A stretch of DNA of 64,000 nucleotides from NCBI GenBank assembly GCA_951406725.2, contig OX597814.1, forward strand, positions 68,386,001 to 68,450,000. The letters run 5' to 3'. Position 1 is the stretch's first letter. Each line of letters starts with the position of its first letter. The position numbers were made by a program, and so were the translations under genes. Under the pieces are notes generated by a model that worked only from the letters and a program-made list of their open reading frames with translations, was not told where the DNA came from and made no database searches. Source of the stretch: Octopus vulgaris. Taxonomy: Eukaryota. Below, one piece after another: positions 25,500 to 39,779 of this stretch.

Positions 25500-27130
25500 T
25501 TCTAAGGCTTCTGGCAGGGGACCCAAGCGCCAGAAAAAAGGTATGATGCTTCACAAGCAGGTACAACTTCTGGATATGTTCTGGAAAGATGAAAGTTATA
25601 CCGCAGTAGGTCACTATTATGTTGTCAACGAAAGCATCATACGCTACATAAAGAATGACGAGGTGGCGATCAGGACTATTGTACTAGTAAGTTTCCGTGA
25701 AACTGCCAAAATGATAACGATAGTGAGAAATAAGTACTTCGTCAGGTTGGAATCTGCCTTGGCATTGTAGATCAGTGACGGCAAGAAGAAAATCACCCCT
25801 TTGAGCGGTAACATTATCCGTTTGATCGTTTCCAGAAACGGTTTAAAATAAAGTGTGTTTTCCCGCATAGAGAGACAGCATCAACCGACATCGAAGCCGC
25901 CAAGAACTACATCAAGATCTTCAGGCAGATCATCGAGGACAAGGATATAAGCCGAAACAGGTTTTCAATATGGACAACACTGACTTATTCTGGAAGAAGA
26001 TGCCTTCCAGAACGTACATCATGAAGGACGACGCCAGAGCCCTTGGATTTAAGGCACAGAAGGACAAAGTGACGCTACTTATGTGTGGCAATGCTACTGG
26101 CTTCATGATGAAACCAGGATTTATCTTCAAGTCCGCGAATACGAGGGCCTTCAAAAATAAGAATAAAAATCGGGTGCCTGTCCACTAGATGCTCAACCCC
26201 GAGGCCTGGATTACCAAAAGTCTAACTTTGAATTGGTTCCACCAACGCTTCATCCCTCAAGCCAAGGAGTACCCCCAAAACGTATGCATGTAATTCAAGG
26301 TGTTGCTTGTTATGGATAATGCTGTTGGTTAATCGTTCTATTTGAATCATATGGGAGACCAAGTCGAGTTTCATTCTGCCAACACCCCCTCCCTCATCCA
26401 GCCTGTGGATCAAGGTGTGATCCGTGACTTCAAGGCACTTTACGCTCGGAAGCCTCTCCAACACCTTGTGGACACAATGGATTCGGACGAACATTTCAAG
26501 TTAAAGGAATTACTGGCGTAATTCCAATATCGCAACGTGCCTGTCAGTCATCTACGCTGTTCTTAAAGACATGAAAAAAGAAACGCTCATCGCATGCTGG
26601 AAGAAGGTGTGGCCAGAGTGTGTCCAGAACTACGAATGTTTCTCACCTGAAGATATTCAGCATGAGGCTATCAACAATGCGGTGAAACTGGCAAAGGTAC
26701 TTGGTGGTGAAGGTTTTGATGACATCACGCAAGCATCTTGCGTGATGTCATCAAAACCTTCAACGATCTCATTGCTACCCACTCTGAGACCCTGAGAGAC
26801 GAAGATTTGTTGGAGTTAACGAAGTCTGCCAGCGAAGAGAAGGAGAAAGCACCAGACCAAGAGGAAAAAGAGGTTGAGGTAGGCCAGGCAATCGAAAGTC
26901 TGTCAGAACTTTTAAGGACAGCAAAGGAATTGCATGGGATCCCTATATGGTTCGGTCTCTCCAATTTAAAAATGCCATCGATGCAGACGTATAAATCTCT
27001 CCTCACCACCAAGACGAAACGACGACAGCAACTTCCCATCACAATGTTTTTCAAGTTCACCAAGAAAGCCTTGCACGCCGATGCGACATCCTCTGAAACA
27101 CCCGAAGCGGTGTCACTTGAAGAGCTTTAA
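25500..27130 (+). pseudogene. Tigger/pogo-like DDE transposase pseudogene
   Basis: QVFNMDNTDLFWKKMPSRTYI, GFKAQKDKVTLLMCGNATG, LLVMDNA, NTPSLIQPVDQGVIRDFKALY and CWKKVWP motifs, with many stops and frameshifts. No TIRs recognised. Confidence 0.9.
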
Positions 27131-27295
27131 ATTTTCTTTGCTGCACAGTCATTACCTTTATTATTTTCATCATCATCATCTTAAATCAATATCTTTTATT
27201 ATTGGTGAGTAACCATATATTTTACTTTATATTTCTCTATATTATTATCTTTATATATATATATATAAATAGTTATCGCCATACTAATATGGCAG

Positions 27296-28237
27296 TCTAT
27301 AAATAAATAAATAAATGCTTGAAGTATTTTTTATGTTATTAAATCTTAACAATATTTTAGTTTCCCATATAATTTCACAGTAACATCCATCATTATTGTC
27401 CACTAGCACAATGATAAATTTTTAGTTTAGCAAGCATTTGATTCTTCTGTTAATTTACACGTGTAAACCATGAAGGCATTTTCCTAAATATATTTTCGTA
27501 TGATGTTATTTTTTTCTTCTCAATGTAATGATATCCTTTTGTACTCTTTACTGGGCCATGACTCTTTACAGGGTTATGACACTTTACATGTATCTTCAAA
27601 ACAAAGACTCAACCCGAATACTTGCAACATAGTGCTCTCTGTTAAAGGCCCATAAGATGCAGGATGATGTTAAATCGGGTGATGAATAAACGGAATTTGT
27701 AGAGAAGCCTGTTGTACACATAGCACCCCTGACATACACACACGCACAAATATTTTATCATTTATTTGCTTCAGTTATTAGACTGAAGTCATACACGAGC
27801 ACCGCCGTGAATTATCTTTCGGTCGAATGACTCGAGCCCAGTACTTATATTTTTAAACCTAGTACTTATTTTATTGATTTTTTTTTGCAGAAACGCTAAT
27901 TTACGGCGACGTATACACATCAACACTGGTTGTCAAGCGGTGGTGAGGGAATAAACAGACACAAACACATGCGCGCGCACGACGGATTTCTTTCACTTTC
28001 CGTCTACCAAATCCACTCACAAGGCTTTGATGGGTTCGAGGCTATAATGGAAGGCACTTGCCCAAGGTGTTACGCAGTGTAGCTGAACTCGGAACCACGT
28101 GGTTGGGAAGGAAACTTCTAACCACACAGCCACGCTTGTGTCTAAATATCTATTACTTTTTATTAAAATTCTAAATAACGAACGGTGAACAGTACCGATA
28201 TGAGATATACATTTCCAATAGGCTAAACACTGACTCA
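27296..28237 (+). repeat. ~945-bp direct duplication, copy 2
   Basis: See copy 1. Confidence 0.95.
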
Positions 28238-29199
28238 TTGAATTTCTGATGGCATGAATGACTAATAGTGATGTTTGTTCAGTTGCGTAATCTCGTGAAT
28301 TTCTCGCTGTCAGAGGTGCAGTGAATCAGCGATTAATCCATGCGAAAATCTGTGTTCAACGACAATATTATTCACCATTTAAGGTAAATATTCATGATGT
28401 AGTTTTATGTGTCACCAGCATTCTTACAAAACGTATGGACAATACATAATACAGTTTACCTTTCCCACCAGATGTTATTTTTAAAGAAATCTTTCATAGT
28501 TCCTTGGGCGAGGTGTTACCTCTTAACTCTGCCACACCGTGTTACCTGTTTTGCAGGAATAGCCAAAATGTCATCTCTATCCAATTCCCGTTAAAACAGT
28601 AATAAGTAACACACGCAGAAAAAGAAGATAAAATGCTAAAAAGAGACAACCGATCACGTTGCAGCTTTGTAATCGAGTGTGCTCATGACTCGTTAATAGT
28701 GAAGCCCTGCCTACCCAGAGCTGTTCTTTTTTAATCGAAAAAGGAAATAGATGTTTTGCAATGAAACGAGTCCGTTACGAACCCAGTACTTGGTACAGTT
28801 GAGGAAATTACTGATTTTATTTACTCTTCGGACGATGAGACAACGAGAGTGTGGCGGACAATCAAACTGGTGAAAGAGATGGATGAAGAAAGAAGCGATT
28901 TGTGTGTACAAATACGGTGGTTGAGAGAAAGGCCTATTGTTACTCTCCTGCTGCCGTTATACTTGACAAGTGTATGCAAATTTCTATTTTTTCTGTTTTT
29001 TTTCTTTTTTGGTCGGGAATGCAGGTGAAGAGCAAAGTTAGACGCAGGGGCCCATTAAAAATTGTCGTTCACTTCTATCCCCAGTATTTAATTTTCGACT
29101 ACTTATGTCAGCAAATATTCGTTGAAACTTAGGGCGGTTTGAGTACTGACACTTAAACATTAAAACCGAAAGTAGGAACTAAATTTCATTTTCAGAGTT

Positions 29200-29348
29200 A
29201 GGCGCAGGAAGCTTCCTTACGAACCACATGGTTCCAAGTTCAGTCCTACTGCGTGGCATCTTGGGCAAGTGTCTTCTGCTATAGTCCCGGGCCGACCATA
29301 GCCTTGTGAGTGGATTTGGTAGACGGAAACTGAAAGAAGCTCGTCGTA

Positions 29349-29414
<66 letters not shown>

Positions 29415-29640
29415 TGTATGTGTGTATGTATATGTTTGTGTGTCTGTGTTTGTCCCCCCAACATCGCTTGACAATCGATGCTGGTGTGTTTACGTACCCG
29501 TAACTTAGCGGTTCGGCAAAAGAAACCGATAGAATAAGTACTAGGCTTACAAAGAGTAAGTCCTGGGGTCGATTTGCTCCACTTGAGGCGGTGCTCCAGC
29601 AAGGCCACAGTCAAATGACTGGAACGAGTAAAAGAGTAAA
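29200..29640 (+). mobile_element. Octopus-type SINE
   Basis: Homologous to 49353-49768. Confidence 0.9.
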
Positions 29641-31754
29641 ATATATGAGTTAGATAGCATTTTATTTAGCTGTTTTACTGTTACCTACTAAGAGTTGTAA
29701 AAATGTGAAATATTTTATGCAATTCTATGAAATTTTCTTGTGAGCTTAAAGGTTACTGGTGATAGCAGAGACAGCTCTCATATCGAAAGGTAGTCGTTGG
29801 TGTCAATAACTATTATTACTATATATGGTCGAATATAGCAATCAGTTGCATCTGCTCCTCGGATTTATTTGGTATCTTCTTTTTTAAATTACGAAGCCTA
29901 ATCAGAAAATGTAAGCTCACTTACTACTGTGCTATTGAATGTTTTTAAATGTTGAATAAATATTAAATAAGTGTCATTTTTATGTATAATACATGTATAT
30001 ACTCATATATAAGGTGTATTGTATACAACTTCCAAAATAAAATCGTTAGCCATATAAAGCAAATATATTAATTAATGCAATATATCAGATAAGTTGCGCG
30101 AAAATGGATTGATAGTTATCTTTCTTTTCATATGTTGTATGATATTTAAGAGTATGTTACATGTGCATTTGATGATGGGCAATACGTTTCCTTTTTTGAG
30201 AAACTGACCAGTTTAATATGCTGCTTGATAAACCTTTTATGGACTACATTACGTAATTATGCATAAAGCCAAAACCTACTGAAGACTTGGTTTCCTATGT
30301 CCACCAGTAGATGCTTGCCTATGAGAAATTTGTAAAAAAACCAACGTTGTAATATTCGATACCTGACTCTCTGACTTTTCTACTGCGACTACAAACTGTC
30401 TATACTCCTCGGAGTTGTTTAGTACCCTGCAACCTCTTGCAGTTGTTCAATAAATATATCAACATCATCGATTTTATCAATCATGAAGGGCCTGTAAAGA
30501 CCTTAGAAGCACCCACTTCTACTAAGCCAAAATAGAAATAAAGTAGTTTTATTCTAAGAACTGCAATCGAATGAATCAAGCATTTAGTATGCATGTCACA
30601 TGCAAATAACCTTCATAAAAATAGATTCTTAATGAAAACAGGTGTAAACAACGAAAAAAAAATTCTTAAACATAAAACAATTAATAATTACAAAAAAATC
30701 TGTCAATGGAGACTTTAGTACATACCATTAGTTCATGAATAGTTCCAAATACTTGGAATGTGTTACAAAGTTAGTTACAAATTTCAGATAAGTTTGGTAA
30801 AATATACGAATAATATGTCTAGCTGAGCTGATATACTGCATAAAATGAAGTGTCAAGCGTTTCGACAATGAACGCCGAACGAAACTTTAAATCTTTTTCC
30901 CCTCTATTTTCTGTCGACGCAGATCTACAATATTCTCATAGAATTCTCAGTATTAAACTATAATTTATTGACCATGACATAAAGAAATAAAACTATGCTC
31001 AGTATACGGTGGAAGACTGATTATACGTCGTTTTTCATTCTGTGAATATATGTAGAAAAGTTGAAACATAAATTTAAGGCGATACAGTAAATATTCTAAT
31101 GAATATGCGTATTTTGTTCTCTTTAAAAAATTGAATACAGGATGGAAACGGCGCAATATCATTACCGCTAAAAATGTTGATATGACTCCTAGATTTATTC
31201 AGTAATACATCTGGTACGAGACAGGTGTACATGAATCTATGTTTTAACCAGCTACAAAACTATTTCATATTGATAAAGTTCAATGATCTGTTAGGAATAG
31301 GAACCGGAGCAACTAAGAATATCACTTCCCTGTACAGCATGCGTGCTGAACGGTATAAGATATTCATCGTTAACATGAAGCTAAACGAGGTACAGTATGC
31401 AATAAAACTTTCTTAGGCCTTTTGCTAAATCAATACTTTCCAATAAGCTCTACCGACTAAGAGCTCCTTTCCTTTTCCTAAATTGTTCATCTACTCTACA
31501 GCTTTTTGTGCGGTCAGGAAGAGAGCCTTCATGTAGTTGGTTGACCTGCTATAGATTATAGCCAAGGGTCGCATCCTACAATCTTAAAACTAGAACATAT
31601 TGGATAATGTAGTTTTAGATGTAATATGCCGTAAAAAAAGGTAGAATTGTTCACGACAGAAACGGAAAATATTAGAGGTATATAATGAAAAAAACAAGCA
31701 AATAGAAGAGAACGAATATTAAAATGAAATGAAACAAAACGTTAATATACTCAC

Positions 31755-31868
31755 CTCTGTCAGAAATTTATACCTATCATCACTTACATATGATGTTGGC
31801 TCAGTATTTATGCTGTTTTCTTTATCCCGACGAAATAAAGGGCGATGGTTTGCCATATTATCACCCAT
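31755..31868 (-). CDS. CLC-family chloride channel/transporter, probable first coding exon (exon 31755-31912, ATG at 31868)
   Basis: Minus strand has acceptor ttttacag at 31913-31920 and donor gtgagt at 31749-31754. The 158-nt exon is fully open. MGDNMANHRPLFRRDKENSINTEPTSYVSDDRYKFLTE ends in phase 0 and joins in frame to GRDY... of the 8875 exon. The start codon choice is inferred. Confidence 0.7.
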
Positions 31869-33489
31869 TCTATACCAGAAAATGAGTGCTTTACCTTCGA
31901 TATTTTTGCAATCTGTAAAAATACCATTATTGATTGTTAGTACATGAACTATATCTTATTCTGAGTGTAGCTTGCTTGGATAGTATATGAACTTTTTAAT
32001 AGATGAAGTAATTTTGCCATAAATATGGAATAATGAAGTATGGTATATTAGGATTCATGCTACTTGTTGACTGCAAAGCACAATTCCACTCTTAAATTAT
32101 ACAGAAATGTCAATTATTGAACTGCACCAACAACTGCGATATTAATTTGCTCCTTGATTCCTGATTAGATACTGTAAAACTATGTTGTTTCCATTCGAAG
32201 CACACTGCTAAGTTTAACTCCAGCAGGATTTTCTTAACTTAAAATGCCGACAAATTCTAATCTGAAGATCTTATAATTTATGACTTTAATGATTCCTTAA
32301 GACATTTGGTGAGATATGAAGAGTGAAATGGATGAAACAAGGATATCAGCTAACCAAGAGCTACTTAAAACAATGTTCGCATATATTAATAATATTCTCT
32401 TCGCATATATTAATGTTAATTCATTCCTTGTTAGAAAAAATATCTTGTTTGGCAGTGAAGAATGTCGATATTATATCGCATCCAGATGTCAATAAATAAT
32501 ACAAATGGTGTGATTATAGTTATGCATATTTGCAAATCGATATGTGCACTGAAGCTAACTGTATACACTTGCAGGTAAATGAACAAATGAACACAAATCT
32601 AAGCATTAGTGTATAGAAATATTGCATGCATATTTTCTGCCTGGGTATTTTTTCAATCAGTCCGTTTTATGTCTGTGTTATGAATGTAAAATATGTTTAA
32701 AACAATATTTACAACGTCTTTTAACAGTATAAGGGTTTAAAATGCCTTTATCGTTCTCGTGGACGTCGCTGACGTCAATTGTTATTCAATATGCGTAAAT
32801 AGAGCTTGTTTTAAATTTCACGAGAAAAGAATTTGGGCATGTGCTGAGAGAACAAAAGAGCTTCATTTCATTTGTCTATCATTTGTTCAGACCTGTTTAA
32901 AGCCATTTATTTATCAATATATGAATCTGTGTATAATAATTATATTTACTTTTCGATAGTAAAAAAATTAGATCTTTCCTTCCTTGCATAAAAAATAATT
33001 GGGTCGTTTTGAAACATATATGAAAAGAAATATTCAAGTCTAACAAATCCTGTGAGAAAATGCCTTAATATTTACAGACATTAGTATTTTTATTTTCTGA
33101 AACATATCTATCCTTATAGATTATCTCTATTATCTCAGTGTATCTTCAGAAGTGGCTGTGTTTATTTTCAGTGGTACCAGTTACAAATGATATGGATAAT
33201 TGTTTTTAACTGTCATAAAGTTTTTAAGTTCAAGATTTACTTCTATTTCAGTTTAATGATATAATCCTTTGCATTATCGCTTAGTATGTCGCAATGATTC
33301 ATCACATTTAATAGAGTGGTTTGTATGCTACGGTTGCATAAGTACTTTTTATTGTTATTTTCCGAGACTCATATTAATATATGAGTTTTATGAACAACAG
33401 CCTGAAAGAAACTGAAGTTAAGTGGCTAGACTAGTCATGACATTTTTGTTTCTAAGCATATTTTTCATTGGCGCTCGTGTATAAGCTGT

Positions 33490-33900
33490 TGTAATACAAT
33501 GCCTTCACCATCATCACCCAGAATTTACCAATACTTCATAAGGACCCCAAATTAAAAGGAAATTTTAAACATACACCAAATCATTAAAAGCTACAAACAA
33601 CCTAAATCACCTAAAAAGATTCTCACAAAGGCAAACATTTTCTCAGTTTTTGCGTTTTTTTCGTTGTTGCCCGTGTTGTTGCATATATTCGCTCGTCTTC
33701 TTCAAAAAATTTAATGCCCTTAGCTTAGGTTTTTGGGACCTGTCAGGTTTGAACAATCTCAAGTGTAGCAAGCCGAAATTGTAGTGATGATTGGAACCTT
33801 GACAGATGACTAGAAAGCCACGAATGTTTCGTCCTCGTTTTCCTGTGTCTTTGTAACGTCCATTAGCACATATGTTTTATTGTCGTTCGTTACGTTCTTG
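33490..33900 (+). mobile_element. Penelope-like remnant
   Basis: DPKLKGNF...IIKSYKQPKSPKKILTKAN resembles the linker before the Penelope GIY-YIG domain. Confidence 0.55.
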
Positions 33901-34154
33901 TACCGTTTTTTAAATTTATGTAAGCATGTATGCATGTGTGTATGTATTTCATTATTCAGTTTTATTTCAAGATTTCTCGCCAATCGACAAAGTGCCGGTT
34001 TCCAACCAAGATTCCAGGCGCCTTCATTGGAATTTCAACATCAACAACAGGATATTTTTTATGTTTGTATGTATGTATGTATGTTTATGTGCAGATTTGT
34101 ATATATTGCTTTATGCATGTATTCTCATGCATTTGGTTGCATATCTAGATATGC

Positions 34155-35347
34155 TCATATATGTTTAAATGATAAACTTCTGGAAAGATTTACATATTTT
34201 ACAGTTCCAGTGATGGATTGAATATGTAGTTTTCGAATTAGCATTCTCCTTTCAGATTTTGAGAGGTCTAATTTCCCAAGATTGGTATTTAGGCAGTGTG
34301 TTACATATCCCAGGGCCCCAATAACTACAGGAATAAACCTGAACTTGTGATCTGGATAGAGTAACAGTAGATTTCCCTGGAGTTCAGCGTAGGTATTCTC
34401 TTTTTCGCTGAGCTTCAGCTTTATGTTAACATCCGCTGCGTAGCTAATTTCCACAGTTTCTCTTCTCTATCCCAAATCATTTTATTGACGTCTTAACTGG
34501 GACATTCTACCAGTACTCCTGTTTTATTATGAGTGGCTATGGCTTCTACCATGCTGTAGGTTCTTATTTATTTGTCCTTGGGGGACATCCTTCCGATGGA
34601 TTTCATTATAGAGTGTCTTAGCTACAGCATCATGTCTCATCGGTAGATAATACCGTGATGACATTTTCGGACAACTGATTATGATGTGGATGATATCGTC
34701 GGTGTTAACTCCACAAAGTCTGCATCAGTTGTCACATTTTACTGCTATTAAGGCATGTCTATCCCTTTTGTTCGTCAGATATTTGGTTGATATTTCCTCT
34801 TCCTGGATCGCAAACGCATACCCTTGAAAGTGGGAGGTATTTGCCCATAATAAACTGCTTTGATGATCGATGTTACTATCATCTCGGAGCTCTCTAATAA
34901 CATATCTATGCATAGTCTTCTGCTCATATATGCTCATCCTTTCATCTGATGATACGTTGCGATATAGTCGTGCGACTTCTTTGGGCATGTATTCTAGGTT
35001 ATCAGACAGAGTGTTGCTCAAGGAGCTGCCTTCCAAGTCTTATGATGTTATCAGCTTCATGTATGCAAACTTGATCAAGGGATGAACTTCGACACTTGGT
35101 TGTTAAAAGATATTACCGAAGGGATATGATAGGACATTCAAAGGCATTTTGAATCGATGTTAAGCCTCTTCCGTCTTGTTTTCGTTTTCGTTTTAGCACT
35201 GTTTATGTGGAAATATTGTGTGCTTGTTAGTATTTTCAGGTTTTCACATCAATGGCTCGGATCTCATCAAGCACCCCAAATGTTGGTATGAGTACTGGCA
35301 CTGCAAACACATTGTGGGCCACTGTTTTATTGAATGCAGAGTTTTCT
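34155..35347 (-). mobile_element. R4/Dong-like RLE non-LTR retrotransposon 3' portion
   Basis: CRLC...H...C knuckle, RHDAVAK, FIPVVIGALG and AHNVFAVPVLIPTFG motifs. Confidence 0.8.
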
Positions 35348-35350
35348 GTA

Positions 35351-35381
<31 letters not shown>

Positions 35382-35575
35382 ATGTATGTATGTATGTATG
35401 TATGTATGTATGTTTGTATGTATATCTGTTTAGTTTAGATGTTATAATCCAGGCGTTCACATTCGGAAACTCTTCTACGGACAATAGGTAATCCCTCTAT
35501 ATATGTGCCTTTATACCTGTCTGTGCATGTATATCCATACATATGTTTGAAGTATATATATGCATATATATCTTG

Positions 35576-35626
<51 letters not shown>

Positions 35627-37468
35627 GCATTGTAGGGTAAGAATTCATTGTGGGAACTGCAGGGTCCAGAGCAGAGGTATTTTTCTGCGTGGGATTTAGA
35701 ATTACAAACATGGAGATTTTATGCAGTGTGTAGGGATAGTATTTAGGTTTTTATTATTGGGGAAAAGATTAGGTTGTCTACTTTTTGTTTACATAGTTGT
35801 TTAGATTGTCCCAAACAAGGGGAAAAGCCGCTTAGAGTATGGGAATAAGAAGGTGAAATAAAGTTGAAAGGAGTGAATTTACTTTAAACTTCAGGTCATA
35901 AAAAGTGGGGAAAGAATGAGAATGAAGAGAGCTCCAAACTCTGGCAGTTCGAGGAGAAAAGCTACGAAAGTAGAAAGATTTCTTTATTTGTGGAAGTACA
36001 ACAGCATCTGGATGAAGAAGCTGTGAATATTACGTCAGGCGAGATGATACAATTTGGATCTGCGAGGTGAAGTTTCTTCAGAACATTGCCTGTGGTAATA
36101 ATGTTAGAAAAGACTGAGACTGGCAACGTCAAATCGATGTGACTGTGACAAGGGTTGCAGAGTTGGAGGAAGAGAGAGACCAATCAAATTAGAGACTTGT
36201 TCCTGAACCTGAGCGAGGAGATCAAAATGACAAGATGGTGCATCAGACCACATATGACAAGAATATTCCATAGAAGGTCAAATTGTGAACTTGTGTGAAA
36301 TACATGATTCATATGTTACGAGTTCAATATGTGGATTCCTATTACGACTTTAAAGTTATTTTACATACATACACGAGGTGAAATAAGACTTGGTTTCGAA
36401 CCCTGCCAAATATTCACTGGCATTAGCTTGCCCCTCAGGGTCCCAGACCAACCTACCAGCTGAACCTGCTGAACCTGTCTCTAGGAGCAAATGAAAATCT
36501 CTCGCCTGGGCTTTAGTCATGTAGATTTTCGTTAGTTTCCTAGATGTTAACTTTTTCTTCAGTGTAGATGTAATGTAACATTCATTACCACTGGATAGCT
36601 GACCTCTACAATCGTGTATGTGCTTTTATTTTTATCCTGTTACTCGTCAATCTTAATTGCAGGCAACGTCATAGGATGGAAGGATCTCAAAACCCTAGAC
36701 ACACCCAAACTGCGGGAGATGATATGTACGTGTTGTGTTTATGTCTATTTGAGTCAACATTTGTTATACAAAATACCTCGTCACTTTTTCTCATTTATGT
36801 AAAGGCAGAATTCAAAGAAAAAACTAAAGATGATATTCTGATGTACTAATTGATTCCTATTTAAGTATATAAAATATGAATTAGCACTCCTACTCTCTGA
36901 ATAACTTTAATCCTTCATCTGACACCCAATGTAACTATTAAACGGTAGTCAGCTCTGTATGAAAAATCAATGATGCATCGTTCCAATTCATACTCAATAC
37001 TTAGTTAAATGTCTGGCATAATTCAATTTGCTCTATTGCTGATTCATAAGATTGACATAACTAATGCAATGGTGAAAAATAAACATAAAAGCCTTCTAAA
37101 GGAGAAACATGACATGTATTGATCACAATGATATCGTATAAAATGATAAACAGTTAAGTTGAGAACATCTGAAATAAGGTGTAAAATAGAAATCATGAGC
37201 TTGTATGGGATTGTTTTTCTGTATTTAGAGGAAATGCCTCAACGGAAAATAAAATAAATGAAAGACTCAATTCATCTGATGCAGAGCGACCCGAATTTCT
37301 ACAAGGTTATGCAACCGGCAAACATTCACGATTAAATGTGCCTTCAACTACTATACAATGCATTATGTAATATGTATGTGTAAACATACACACGCACATA
37401 TATACACTTACATATATTATCCTTAAATCCTTAAAAATGTTATAGCCCGAAGGACAATGTGGATATGT

Positions 37469-37511
<43 letters not shown>

Positions 37512-37528
37512 TACATACGTGTATATAC

Positions 37529-37559
<31 letters not shown>

Positions 37560-37560
37560 G

Positions 37561-37629
<69 letters not shown>

Positions 37630-38158
37630 CGCATGTATGTATGTATGTATTCTTTTTTTCTTTTACTTCATTCAATGGGACTGAAACGGGAAACATGTGG
37701 TTGGGAATCAAGCTTCTTACCACATATATACGAGTACACTATTATGCATACACACATACACAGAGTATATATGTTATATAACATTATATACACTAGCTTT
37801 TACACACACGCAGATATCAGCATTCACTCACAACGCACACAACACAAATATATACACACAAGTGCATTTGTGTGCTTACGTGTGTGAGATCAAATGCCGC
37901 CGAGGTCCACTTTGTCTGTCTACCTATCGGGTTGATAATATATAATGGTAAATCTACCATTGTTAGAAAATCGGTTGCAATTCTTTGCGATATTTGATTA
38001 CTATACTTGGCCCTTGGCTAACTTTTACCGAGTTCACACCTGCTACAAGCATTTGTGACATATATTCATTTTTTCTCCAAACAACCTCGAAGGTGTAACA
38101 GAATATATTCATTAACGCAGTCTGTTCTTTACACACAAATACATTACTCGTTCATGAA

Positions 38159-38192
<34 letters not shown>

Positions 38193-38585
38193 TATCGCGC
38201 ACACATGCTATACTAGAAATTGAAACAAATTATTTATAATAATGTACTATTAACAATGAAGTTGGAAATATCAATAAAATTGTAATTACTTACATGTTCT
38301 TATATATGTTTCTACTGAAGTATATCTAATATCTGAAGTATATCTAATTACATATAAGCATACATCTGTGTGTGTACGTGTTTAGGTGTGCATGTATCGC
38401 TGTATGTATAAGTATATATATATTTAAGTATTATTCTACATATATTAAATATTGTTCAATTCAACGGCAATGGATTTCAGTTCAATTCATATTTCCATAA
38501 TATTTCTTCCTGATATTTCCACAAGGTTACTTCACATGCAAATTATCTCTGAGCCTTAATTTATATTTTACGAAAACTTGTCTAT

Positions 38586-38632
<47 letters not shown>

Positions 38633-39779
38633 TCGTGTCTGAGGGAGGAATAAAGACGGGGAGTAGACGGCGAGAGGATAGAAAGAAGAAGGAGGGGAGA
38701 GAAGTGATAAGAAATTGGTTTACAAACTGTTTCATTTTGATATTTTCTCCATAAGATGTCATTACGCAGGCAACGAAATAGACAATGTTGTTTCCCTTTG
38801 ATTGAGCGTTAGATTGTTGACCTTGACATTTAGCATGTATATTCTTTCTTTGCGTGAAGAGGACTTTGTACGATATTCCTATCTCAATAGACCTCTGTAC
38901 CTTTCGCTTAAATGTTCACTTAATCTCTTAGTAACATCCGTTATCACTAACATTGCTTGACTTGTAGCAGTCATCTCAATTTCTACCTACTTTTTCAGTG
39001 TAATTATCAGTATTTGTTTTCAACATATTAAAAAGTCAGACGACCATTTGAATGAAAATATTCAACATTCTTTCCGAGGAGGGCAATTTTGCTTTTTATC
39101 CTTCGGGATCGAAAAATTAAGTACCAGTTGCGTACTGGAGTCGATCTAATCAACTGTCCCCCTCCCCCAACATTTCGGGCCTTGTGCCTAGAGTAGAAAA
39201 GAATATGCAATATTTTATATATCCGTCTCTTCTACCTCTGTCTCCTTCTCCCTCTATCCTCTCTTCACGCAGATATATACGCATATATATACACACTGAT
39301 ACATACATGTGCTTCTGCGCACAAACATGTACACAACATGCGCGCGTGTATCGACATATATTAGACATAAAATTGAATAGTCTGATTCACAGAGCATGGT
39401 AAATGAATATTTTATAAATATAAACAGGTTTTTAAGCGAAACAAATCGAGGAATATATATTATCTTCTAACTTTCAAAATATTTGAAAACGCATAGGAAA
39501 TTTTCGGAAATAGTTATAGGAAATGAGGAATTTTAATAACTTCAGTGTCCACTACGTACCGCTTGTAGTGTCATCTAACAGAGAGGAACAGAAAAGCCTC
39601 TGCATTAAGAGAGAGAGAGAGACAAACAGACAGACAGACAGAGACAGAGAGACAGACACAGAGATAGGCAGACAGACAAACGGGGAGAGAAGGAGAGAGA
39701 GGGGGAGAGAGATATATATATATATTGTGTGCGGCAGAGAGAAGGGGAAAACTTATAACTATCAGTATTTCACTGTCTC

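Noticed and set aside
23587-28237. LTR retrotransposon or composite transposon
   Set aside because: No TG...CA termini, primer-binding site, gag or pol. The repeats contain an old SINE and ordinary intronic DNA.
28546-31380. Apparent extra minus-strand exons (31166-31380, 30363-30491, 28546-28635) whose in-frame stops are all TAA/TAG, suggesting recoding or an alternative genetic code
   Set aside because: Stop density is about what AT-rich non-coding DNA gives and the peptides are unrecognisable. The 31755 exon joins convincingly to the CLC exon at 8875 instead.
31755-31912. Immunoglobulin V-like reading (C...WYR...RY)
   Set aside because: No second-half Ig exon was found. The CLC junction explains the exon, and the C/WYR part lies upstream of the likely ATG.
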